Shown: one piece after another, positions 55,979-64,000 of the stretch
Numbering within the stretch: position 1 is the first letter of the stretch
Layout of the letters: each line of letters opens with the position of its first letter
From: Halobacteriaceae archaeon
GTDB lineage: Archaea > Halobacteriota > Halobacteria > Halobacteriales > Halobacteriaceae
Reading direction: 5' to 3'
NCBI GenBank assembly: GCA_042216675.1
Contig: JBDGTS010000008.1
Coordinates: 32,001-96,000 of the forward strand
DNA: 64,000 nt
Notes under the pieces: model-generated
Seen by the model: the letters and a program-made list of their open reading frames with translations, nothing else
Databases searched by the model: none
What the model was told of the DNA's origin: nothing
Program-made: the position numbers and the translations under genes

Positions 55979-56269
55979 ATGGCACTCGAATTCGCAAACG
56001 CCGTCGCGGACGCCGCAACGCTTCTCGCAAGTAACTCGTCGCTCAGCGCCGAGGCCGCCCAGAACCTCGGGAACGGCTACAAATCGGCCGCCGCGGCACT
56101 CGCCGTGGGCCTCGCCGCGCTCGGGGCAGGCTACGCGGAACGCGGTATCGGTAGCGCTGCCGTCGGCGCGATCGCCGAGGACCAGGACCTGTTCGGTACC
56201 GGCCTCATCCTGACGGTGCTCCCCGAGACACTCGTCATCCTGGCCCTCGTCGTCGTCTTCGTCGTCTAA
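55979..56269 (+). CDS. atpK: A-type ATP synthase subunit K (c proteolipid)
   Basis: Hairpin TM protein with GYAERGIGSAAVG and LPETLVI motifs. Confidence 0.96.
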   Translation: MALEFANAVADAATLLASNSSLSAEAAQNLGNGYKSAAAALAVGLAALGAGYAERGIGSAAVGAIAEDQDLFGTGLILTVLPETLVILALVVVFVV

Positions 56270-56281
56270 CTCGTTCCTATC

Positions 56282-56866
56282 ATGAGTTTGGAAACGGTAG
56301 TCGAAGACATCCGGGATCGGGCGCGCGCGCGTCGGGACGAAATCCTCGCCGAGGCCGACGAGGAGGCCGAGGAGATCGTCGCCGAGGCCGAGGAAGAGGC
56401 CGAGGAGATCGTCGCCGAGGCCGAGGCGGCCGTCGAGAGCGACATCGAGCAAGAGCGCGAACAGCGCCTGTCGAGCGCCAAACTCGAGGCCAAACAGGAG
56501 CGCCTCGAGGCGCGACGCGAGGCTCTCGCGGAGACTCGCGCCGAAGTCGAGGACCGCATCGCGGCCCTCGACGGCGACGAGCGCGAGAAACTCACCCGCG
56601 AACTCGTCGCGGCCGCCAGCGAGGAGTTCGACGAGGGCGCCACGGTGCGCATCTACACGCGCCCCGAGGATCAGGACCTCGTCGCGGACATCCTCGACGA
56701 CTACGACGGCTACTCCGTCGCCGGCGAGGAGGACTGTCTCGGCGGCCTCGTCGCCGAGAGCGACGAGTCCCGCGTTCGCGTGAACAACACGTTCGACTCG
56801 GTCCTCGAGGACGTCTGGGAGGACGAACTCAAGGACGTGAGTGGCATCCTGTTCGAGGAGCAATGA
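56282..56866 (+). CDS. atpE: A-type ATP synthase subunit E
   Basis: MSLETVVEDI start; coiled coil; LGGLVAES...VNNTFDS. Confidence 0.95.
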   Translation: MSLETVVEDIRDRARARRDEILAEADEEAEEIVAEAEEEAEEIVAEAEAAVESDIEQEREQRLSSAKLEAKQERLEARREALAETRAEVEDRIAALDGDEREKLTRELVAAASEEFDEGATVRIYTRPEDQDLVADILDDYDGYSVAGEEDCLGGLVAESDESRVRVNNTFDSVLEDVWEDELKDVSGILFEEQ

Positions 56867-57924
56867 GCGCAAAATCCGACGAGGCCGCGAACTACGAGTA
56901 CGTGACCGCGCGGGTCCGACACCGCCGCGCGTCGCTTTTCGCCCCCGAGGACTACCGGAAACTCCTCCGGATGGGGCCGGGCGAAATCGCCCGCTTCATG
57001 GAGGAGACGGAGTACGAGGACGAGATCAACGCTCTCGGCTCCCGCCACTCCGGGGTTGACCTCGTCGAGTACGCGCTGAACCGCAATCTCGCGCGGCACT
57101 TCGACGACCTCCTGCGCTGGAGTCAGGGGGAACTGTACGCCCGCATCGCCCGTTACCTCCGGAAGTTCGACGCGTGGAACGTGAAGACCGTCCTGCGCGG
57201 CATCTACTCCGGCGCGGAGCCCGAAACCATCGAGGACGACCTCATCCGCGCGGGCGAACTCGGCGACCAACTCCTCGACCGCCTCACGCAGGTACAGGAC
57301 GTCGAGGAGGCCGTCGAACTGCTCGACGGGACGCTGTTCGGCGACTCGCTGGCCGACGCGTTCGAGGACTACGAGGACAGCGGCCTCCTCGTCCCCCTCG
57401 AGAACGCGGTCGACCGCGCGTACTACGAAGGGCTACTGGAGGGCGTCGAGGACCACACGGCCGACCGCGCCACCCAGCTCTACGTCGAGTTCCTCGAAGC
57501 GGAAATCGACTTCCGCAACGTCCGTAACGCCCTGCGACTCGCACGGAGCGGGGCGGACATCGACCCGGCGGAGTACTACATCGAGGGCGGCCAACTGTTC
57601 GATGCGGCCGACCTCCAGCGCCTCGCCGGCAACGAGGACGAACTCGTCGAGTACCTCCGGGACAGCACGTACGGTGACGAACTGTCCGCCCCCCTCGACG
57701 ACTTGGCCGAGGCGGAGAGCCTCACCAGCTTCGAGCGGGCACTAGAGGAGGCCCTCTTGGAGTACTCCGAACACCTCTCCTATCAGTTCCCGCTGTCGGT
57801 GTGTCCGGTGTTGGCTTTCGTGCTCGCGAAGGAGCGCGAAGTCGACAACGTCCGCGCCATCGCACGCGGTCGCGAGGCGGGGCTGAGCGAGGACGAAATC
57901 GAGGACGAACTGGTGATGCTATGA
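56863..57924 (+). CDS. atpC: A-type ATP synthase subunit C
   Basis: YEYVTARVR and [14 protein letters not shown] motifs; operon position. Confidence 0.95.
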   Translation: MSAKSDEAANYEYVTARVRHRRASLFAPEDYRKLLRMGPGEIARFMEETEYEDEINALGSRHSGVDLVEYALNRNLARHFDDLLRWSQGELYARIARYLRKFDAWNVKTVLRGIYSGAEPETIEDDLIRAGELGDQLLDRLTQVQDVEEAVELLDGTLFGDSLADAFEDYEDSGLLVPLENAVDRAYYEGLLEGVEDHTADRATQLYVEFLEAEIDFRNVRNALRLARSGADIDPAEYYIEGGQLFDAADLQRLAGNEDELVEYLRDSTYGDELSAPLDDLAEAESLTSFERALEEALLEYSEHLSYQFPLSVCPVLAFVLAKEREVDNVRAIARGREAGLSEDEIEDELVML

Positions 57925-58238
57925 GCCAGGAAATCGCCGTCGCCGGCAGTCCGGAGTTCACGACTGGGTTCCGACTCGCCGGCGTCCGCAAGTTCGCCAA
58001 CGTACCGGCCGACGAGAAATCCGACCGGCTCGACGACGCCGTTTCGGATCTGCTCGACGACGCCGACGTGGGCATCCTCGTGATGCACGAGACCGACCTC
58101 GATCACCTCTCGCGGAACGTCCGCGAGCGGGTCGAAACGAGCGTCGAACCGGTGGTCGTCACCGTCGGCGGCAGCGGGTCGAGTGGCCTGCGGGAGCAGA
58201 TCCGGCGCGCCATCGGCATCGACCTCATGGAAGAGTAA
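57921..58238 (+). CDS. atpF: A-type ATP synthase subunit F
   Basis: [22 protein letters not shown]...IRRAIGIDL. Confidence 0.95.
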   Translation: MSQEIAVAGSPEFTTGFRLAGVRKFANVPADEKSDRLDDAVSDLLDDADVGILVMHETDLDHLSRNVRERVETSVEPVVVTVGGSGSSGLREQIRRAIGIDLMEE

Positions 58239-58240
58239 CT

Positions 58241-60007
58241 ATGAGTCAGGCAACCACATCCGAAGATACGGCTGAAGGCGTTATCGAGAGCGTCAGTGGC
58301 CCGGTCGTGACTGCGACCGGCCTCGACGCCAAAATGAACGACGTCGTCTACGTCGGCGACGAAGGGCTGATGGGCGAAGTCATCGAGATCGAGGGCGACG
58401 TGACGACGATTCAGGTGTACGAGGAGACGTCCGCCGTCGCCCCCGGCGAACCGGTCGAGAACACCGGCGAACCGCTCTCGGTGGACCTCGGTCCCGGCAT
58501 GCTGGACTCCATCTACGACGGCACTCAGCGCCCGCTGGACGTCCTCGAAGAGCAGATGGGCGCGTTCCTCGACCGCGGTGTCGACGCACCGGGCATCGAC
58601 ATGGAGAAGGAGTGGGACTTCACGCCCGCCGTCGAGGAGGGCGACGAAGTCGAGCCCGGCGACCGGGTCGGCTCCGTGCAGGAGACCGAGAGCATCGAGC
58701 ACCACATTCTCGTGCCCCCGGGCTACGAGGGCGGCGAAGTCGTGGACGTGAAGTCCGGCGACTACACCGTCACCGACCCCATCGTCGAACTCGACTCCGG
58801 CGAAGAGGTCACGATGCATCAGGAGTGGCCGGTCCGCGAGGCCCGGCCGACCGTCGAGAAGCAGACGCCGACCGAACCGCTGGTCACCGGTCAGCGCGTG
58901 CAGGACGGCCTGTTCCCCCTCGCGAAAGGCGGGACGGCCGCCATCCCCGGTCCCTTCGGGTCCGGAAAGACGGTCACCCAGCAGCAACTCGCCAAGTGGT
59001 CCGACGCCGACATCGTCATCTACATCGGCTGTGGCGAGCGTGGCAACGAGATGACGGAAGTCATCGAGGACTTCCCGGAACTGGACGACCCCAAGACCGG
59101 GAAGCCCCTGATGTCCCGGACGTGCCTCATCGCGAACACGTCCAACATGCCCGTCGCGGCCCGCGAGTCCTGTATCTACACGGGCATCACCATCGCGGAG
59201 CACTACCGCGACATGGGGTACGACGTGGCGCTGATGGCCGACTCCACCTCGCGGTGGGCAGAGGCCATGCGCGAAATCTCCTCCCGACTCGAGGAGATGC
59301 CCGGCGAGGAGGGCTACCCGGCCTACCTCGCGGCGCGCCTCTCGGAGTTCTACGAGCGCGCGGGCCTGTTCGAACTCCTGAACGGGCAGGAGGGCTCCAT
59401 CTCCGTCGTCGGCGCGGTCAGTCCGCCCGGCGGCGACTTCTCGGAGCCGGTCACCCAGAACACCCTGCGCATCGTGAAGACGTTCTGGGCGCTCGACGCC
59501 GACCTCGCGGAACGGCGGCACTTCCCCTCCATCAACTGGGACGAGTCCTACTCGCTGTACAAGGAGCAACTCGACCCGTGGTGGATCGACAACGTCGAGG
59601 AGGACTTCCCGGACCTGCGGCAGTGGGCCGTGGACGTCCTCGACGAGGAGAGCGAACTGCAGGAGATCGTCCAACTGGTCGGCAAGGACGCGCTCCCCGA
59701 GGACCAGCAGCTCACCCTCGAAGTGTCCCGGTACATCCGTGAGGCGTTCCTGCAGCAGAACGCCCTCCACGACGTGGACACGTACTGCCCGCCGGAGAAG
59801 ACGTACCTCATCCTGCAGGCAATCAAGACGTTCCACGACGAAGCCTTCGAGGCACTCGACAACGGCGTCCCCGTCGACGAGATTCAGGACATCGACGCCG
59901 CGCCGCGCCTGAACCGCATCGGCACGACGCCCGACGACGAGGCCGACGAGTTCGTCGCGGAACTGGAGGACGACATCGCCAGCCAACTGGAGGACCTCTA
60001 CACATGA
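58241..60007 (+). CDS. atpA: A-type ATP synthase subunit A
   Basis: [10 protein letters not shown]-loop, [23 protein letters not shown]; no intein. Confidence 0.98.
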   Translation: MSQATTSEDTAEGVIESVSGPVVTATGLDAKMNDVVYVGDEGLMGEVIEIEGDVTTIQVYEETSAVAPGEPVENTGEPLSVDLGPGMLDSIYDGTQRPLDVLEEQMGAFLDRGVDAPGIDMEKEWDFTPAVEEGDEVEPGDRVGSVQETESIEHHILVPPGYEGGEVVDVKSGDYTVTDPIVELDSGEEVTMHQEWPVREARPTVEKQTPTEPLVTGQRVQDGLFPLAKGGTAAIPGPFGSGKTVTQQQLAKWSDADIVIYIGCGERGNEMTEVIEDFPELDDPKTGKPLMSRTCLIANTSNMPVAARESCIYTGITIAEHYRDMGYDVALMADSTSRWAEAMREISSRLEEMPGEEGYPAYLAARLSEFYERAGLFELLNGQEGSISVVGAVSPPGGDFSEPVTQNTLRIVKTFWALDADLAERRHFPSINWDESYSLYKEQLDPWWIDNVEEDFPDLRQWAVDVLDEESELQEIVQLVGKDALPEDQQLTLEVSRYIREAFLQQNALHDVDTYCPPEKTYLILQAIKTFHDEAFEALDNGVPVDEIQDIDAAPRLNRIGTTPDDEADEFVAELEDDIASQLEDLYT

Positions 60008-61422
60008 AAGAGTACCAGACGATCACGGAGATCAGCGGACCGCTGGTGTTCGTCGAGACGGACGAGCCCATCGGCTACGACGAAATCGTCGAGATCGAAC
60101 TCGAGAACGGCGAGACGCGCCGCGGACAGGTGCTCGAGTCCGAGACGGACCTCGTCGCCATTCAGGTGTTCGAGGGCACGTCGGGCATCGACCGCAACGC
60201 GTCGGTTCGATTCCTCGGCGAGACGCTCAAGATGCCCGTCACCGAGGACCTCCTCGGGCGGGTGCTGGACGGCTCCGGCAACCCCATCGACGGCGGCCCG
60301 GAAATCGTCCCCGAGGAGCGTCAGGAGATCGTCGGCGCCGCCATCAACCCGACGGCGCGCGAGTTCCCCGCGGAGTTCATCCAGACCGGCGTCTCCGCCA
60401 TCGACGGCATGAACACGCTCGTGCGCGGCCAGAAGCTCCCCATCTTCTCGGGGTCCGGTCTGCCGCACAACGAACTCGCACTGCAGGTCGCCCGACAGGC
60501 GTCCGTTCCGGAAGAGGCGGAGGCCGCCGAGGAAGCGGGCGAAGAGGACACGGAGTTCGTCGTCGTCTTCGGCGCCATGGGCATCACGGCCGAGGAGGCA
60601 AACGAGTTCATGGACGACTTCGAGCGCACAGGCGCGCTCGAACGCTCCGTCGTCTTCATGAACCTCGCCGACGACCCGGCCGTCGAGCGGACGATTACGC
60701 CGCGGCTGGCGCTGACCACCGCGGAGTACCTCGCCTTCGAGAAGGACTACCACGTGCTGGTCATCCTCACGGACATGACCAACTACTGTGAGGCGCTCCG
60801 CGAAATCGGCGCCGCGCGCGAGGAGGTCCCGGGTCGCCGTGGCTACCCCGGCTACATGTACACCGACCTCGCGCAGCTGTACGAGCGCGCCGGCCGCATC
60901 GAGGGGGAGGAGGGCTCCATCACGCAGATGCCCATCCTCACGATGCCCGGCGACGACGACACGCACCCGATTCCGGACCTCACCGGCTACATCACCGAGG
61001 GTCAGATCTACGTCGACCGCGGTCTGAACTCGCAGGGCATCGAGCCCCCCATCGACGTGTCGCCCTCCCTCTCCCGACTGATGGACGAGGGCATCGGCGA
61101 GGGCCTCACTCGCGAGGACCACGGCGACGTGTCCGACCAGCTGTTCGCCGCGTACGCGGAGGGCAAGGAACTCCGCGACCTCGAACAGATCGTCGGCCGC
61201 GAAGCGCTCGGCGACGTCGAGAACATCTACCTCGACTTCGCGGACCGCTTCGAGGAGGAGTTCGTCCAGCAGGGCTTCGACACGAACCGCGACATCGAGG
61301 AGACCCTCGACATCGGTTGGGACCTCCTCTCGATGCTCCCGCCGGAGGAACTCAACCGCATCGACGAGGACCTCATCGAGGAGCACTACCGCGAGGACGT
61401 GGCCGTCGAGGCCACCGACTGA
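60004..61422 (+). CDS. atpB: A-type ATP synthase subunit B
   Basis: [27 protein letters not shown] and [11 protein letters not shown] motifs. Confidence 0.98.
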   Translation: MKEYQTITEISGPLVFVETDEPIGYDEIVEIELENGETRRGQVLESETDLVAIQVFEGTSGIDRNASVRFLGETLKMPVTEDLLGRVLDGSGNPIDGGPEIVPEERQEIVGAAINPTAREFPAEFIQTGVSAIDGMNTLVRGQKLPIFSGSGLPHNELALQVARQASVPEEAEAAEEAGEEDTEFVVVFGAMGITAEEANEFMDDFERTGALERSVVFMNLADDPAVERTITPRLALTTAEYLAFEKDYHVLVILTDMTNYCEALREIGAAREEVPGRRGYPGYMYTDLAQLYERAGRIEGEEGSITQMPILTMPGDDDTHPIPDLTGYITEGQIYVDRGLNSQGIEPPIDVSPSLSRLMDEGIGEGLTREDHGDVSDQLFAAYAEGKELRDLEQIVGREALGDVENIYLDFADRFEEEFVQQGFDTNRDIEETLDIGWDLLSMLPPEELNRIDEDLIEEHYREDVAVEATD

Positions 61423-61469
61423 CGCGGGTTCCATTTTCGCGGCGACGCGCGCACCGACCAGCGGCGCGG

Positions 61470-62528
61470 CTACGCCGACGCGCGCTGGAGTCGAATCCGC
61501 ACGCGGTTGCCGCCCGCGTCGCTCTCCCCGAAGGCGAGGTCGCCGCCGAAGCGCTCGGCGGTCCACGCCGCGAGCCAGAGCCCCAGTCCGCTGCCGTGGT
61601 AGGTCTGTGAGATGCGCCGGTCGCCGGTGACGATGTCCCGCTCCATCGCCGGGATGGGCGGGGCGTCGTCTGCGACGACGAGGTCCACCCAGTCATCGCT
61701 CACGGACGACGCGCTGACTCGGAGCCACGGCGACGGGGCGGGATTGTGTTCGATGGCGTTCTCGATGAGGGCGGCGACGGCGCTCCCGAGTCGCTCCGTC
61801 GCGGCGACGGTGAGCGACTCGGGGAGGTCAGTTTCGATGGTCGCCTCCGGATGGTCCGTCCGGAACGTCGCCACCACGTCTCGGACGAGGGCCGCGCAGT
61901 CGACAGCGGGACTCGTCTCTGCCGCCTCATCGAGGAGGCGGTGAATCTCGCTGGCCTCCTCGGAGAGCGTCTCCAGCGACGAGATGGCGTCTTCGATGCG
62001 GGCGAGTTCCTGCCGAACGGCCGGGTCGGGGTCGTCGACCTCGCGCCTGAGTTTGCCGGCCGCGCCGTCGAGGACCGTCACCCGGTTCCGGAGGTTGTGC
62101 CGGAGGACCCGGCTGGTCACTTCGAGGCGGCGCTCGCGCCGCGACCGGTCCGTGAGGTCGGTGTAGACGGCGAACCCGGCGCGGCTCCCGTCCGCGGATT
62201 CGTAGGGGATGCCGCGGTAGAGGAACTCTCGGAGGCCGTCGGTGGTCTCCCGCCTGACGCGCCGGTAGTTCACCTCGCCGGCCGCTGTCCGCTCGTCCAG
62301 CGTCTCGGCTTGCTCGACGAGCCACGACGGGACGATGAAGTCGTTCAGCTCTTGGCCGACGATTTCGGCCGGTTCGTAGCCGAACACCTCGACGAACGCC
62401 GGGTTCACCGAGCGGACGATCGGTTCCCCGTCCTCGATGTCGAACTCGACGACGGCGTCCTGCAGGTGGTCGATCAGATACTCGAAGCGGTCCTCGGCGC
62501 CGGGCGCGGAGAGTTCGTCACGTGGCAT
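61470..62528 (-). CDS. PAS-domain sensor histidine kinase
   Basis: VNPAFVEVFGY PAS motif; LRHNLRN H-box; ENAIEHN; HGSGLGLW. Confidence 0.9.
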   Translation of the reverse strand: MPRDELSAPGAEDRFEYLIDHLQDAVVEFDIEDGEPIVRSVNPAFVEVFGYEPAEIVGQELNDFIVPSWLVEQAETLDERTAAGEVNYRRVRRETTDGLREFLYRGIPYESADGSRAGFAVYTDLTDRSRRERRLEVTSRVLRHNLRNRVTVLDGAAGKLRREVDDPDPAVRQELARIEDAISSLETLSEEASEIHRLLDEAAETSPAVDCAALVRDVVATFRTDHPEATIETDLPESLTVAATERLGSAVAALIENAIEHNPAPSPWLRVSASSVSDDWVDLVVADDAPPIPAMERDIVTGDRRISQTYHGSGLGLWLAAWTAERFGGDLAFGESDAGGNRVRIRLQRASA

Positions 62529-62674
62529 GGGCGACGACGGCGCGGCGAGCGCCGTCTGTGCGACACACTCACACCCACGCGGTTTAACGCCCCCTCTGAC
62601 GGCAACATTCGACGGTCCCCGGCAGACCCGAAAACAAAACGTTAACCCGCTCGCCGCACAATTTTTCTCCCAAG

Positions 62675-63361
62675 ATGGCCGAGGACGTCAAGCCCACACG
62701 CAAGAACCTGATGGAGATCAAGGAGCGCATCGACTTCTCCGAGCGCGGGCACGACACGCTCGAGCAGAAGCGGGACGCGCTCATCATGGAGTTCATGGAC
62801 ATCCTCGATCAGTCGCGGGACGTCCGAACCGGGTTGGAGAACGCCTACGACGACGCCCAGAAGAGCATCAACATGGCGCGGGCGATGGAGGGCGACGTGG
62901 CCGTCCGCGGCGCCGCCGCGGCCCTGAAGGAGCACCCAGAAATCACCACCCAGTCCAACAACATCATGGGCGTCGTGGTGCCCCAAATCGAGTCCTCGAA
63001 GGTCAAGAAGTCCCTCGACCAGCGCGGGTACGGCGTCCTCGGCACGAGCGCCCGCATCGACGAGGCGGCGTCGGCCTACGAGGAACTCCTCGAACAGGTC
63101 ATCCTCGCCGCCGAGGTCGAGACGGCGATGAAGAAGATGCTCGACGAAATCGAGCAGACCAAGCGCCGCGTCAACGCCTTGGAGTTCAAGCTCCTGCCCG
63201 AACTCCGCACGAACCGCGACTACATCGAGCAGAAACTCGAGGAGCAGGAGCGCGAGGAGATCTTCCGCATGAAGAAGATCAAGGCCAAAAAAGAGGAGCA
63301 GGAAGCCGCCGAGGCACGTGCCGAGGCCGAGTCCGCCGAAGCGTCGTCTGCGGACGACTGA
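62675..63361 (+). CDS. atpD: A-type ATP synthase subunit D
   Basis: [18 protein letters not shown] and TKRRVNALE motifs. Confidence 0.97.
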   Translation: MAEDVKPTRKNLMEIKERIDFSERGHDTLEQKRDALIMEFMDILDQSRDVRTGLENAYDDAQKSINMARAMEGDVAVRGAAAALKEHPEITTQSNNIMGVVVPQIESSKVKKSLDQRGYGVLGTSARIDEAASAYEELLEQVILAAEVETAMKKMLDEIEQTKRRVNALEFKLLPELRTNRDYIEQKLEEQEREEIFRMKKIKAKKEEQEAAEARAEAESAEASSADD

Positions 63362-63409
63362 ATCTGCGTTCCGGAGGCTATTTCTCCCGCGGCCCGATGG
63401 GAAGGGAGC

Positions 63410-64000
63410 GTGAGCGAGGACTCACAGGTCTCCGACGCCGAGCGGGAAGCCCTGCTGTCAATCGCGCACGGCGCCGTCGTCACGGGCGGCGGCGCTACCC
63501 TCCGGCAGGCGCTCTCGGCGCTCACGGAGTTCGTCCTCGCGCGCGGCCTCGGACCGGTGCTGTACGGCGTCTTCGCCTTCGGCTGGCGGGTCGTCGGGCT
63601 CCTCCTGCGCTTCGTGACGCTGGGGACGATGGGGACCCTCCAGCGCGACGTGCCCGCGTTCGCGGACGAACCGACCCGACGCCGCCGCGTCGCGGGACTG
63701 GCCTACGCCACGACGCTCGCAACGGGGGCCGCCATCGGCCTCGGGATGGTCCTCGGTGCCGACTGGCTCAACGCGGCGACCGTCGCCCACCCCGAGTTCC
63801 CCGTCGCTTTCCGCCTGTTCGCGGCGGTGGCGCTGGCACTCGGCGTCCTCCGCATCCACGTCGCCCTCCTCCGTGCGGTGGGACGGGCCGGCCCCGCGGT
63901 GTTTCTGAACCGCGTCCTCAGGCCGGGGGTGCGCCTCGTCACCGCCGCCGGAGCGCTGGCGCTTGGCTACTCCGTGGCGGGCGTCGTCGCCGGACTCGCC
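63410..64000 (+). CDS. Oligosaccharide flippase (Wzx/polysaccharide export family), partial
   Basis: Manual translation from GTG gives (M)SEDSQVSDAEREALLSIAHGA...LARGLGPVLYGVFAFG; multi-TM; open to the window edge. Confidence 0.8.
   Translation, partial: MSEDSQVSDAEREALLSIAHGAVVTGGGATLRQALSALTEFVLARGLGPVLYGVFAFGWRVVGLLLRFVTLGTMGTLQRDVPAFADEPTRRRRVAGLAYATTLATGAAIGLGMVLGADWLNAATVAHPEFPVAFRLFAAVALALGVLRIHVALLRAVGRAGPAVFLNRVLRPGVRLVTAAGALALGYSVAGVVAGLA

Noticed and set aside
56345-56425. 33-nt tandem repeat in atpE (EEAEEIVAEAE)
   Set aside because: Matches the 11-residue hendecad periodicity of the peripheral-stalk right-handed coiled coil; an ordinary feature.
58241-60007. Intein in atpA, a known intein host
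   Set aside because: The protein is normal length, with uninterrupted P-loop and GCGERGNE regions.

Overview
This is a high-GC haloarchaeal (class Halobacteria) chromosomal segment, judged from the acidic proteins, Tat lipoproteins, TFB and A-type ATP synthase. Core genes are a phosphomannomutase, prs, ileS, an intein-containing mcm, an ASH-Ski2-type helicase, a Rad3/XPD helicase, the RPA/RPAP/RHH operon, a prenyl synthase, atpHIKECFAB + atpD, tRNA-Pro(TGG) and tRNA-His(GTG). Two accessory blocks are present. The first (about 17.3-28.9 kb) holds a sulfatase, GT87, a PQQ-propeller, a beta-helix/ricin secreted protein, a LOV kinase and a lipoprotein. The second (about 32.9-40.1 kb) holds uxuA, a sugar ABC transporter and a DHDPS-family lyase. 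The most striking non-annotated signal is a family of about 110-bp fold-back units arrayed behind both tRNA genes. Each unit is bounded by copies of that tRNA's own 3' end, and most are built around an 11-nt mini-hairpin core (GAGCGAAGCGA-like, with a compensatory variant). The same core also appears in an apparent in-frame 51-bp insertion in the XPD helicase gene. Also notable are an uncharacterised cassette with twin MinD/ParA proteins, a TFB and five hypothetical genes, an MCM intein carrying two XRE-like HTH domains, and an apparently split ASH helicase. All product calls come from motif recognition by eye; no database searches were run.
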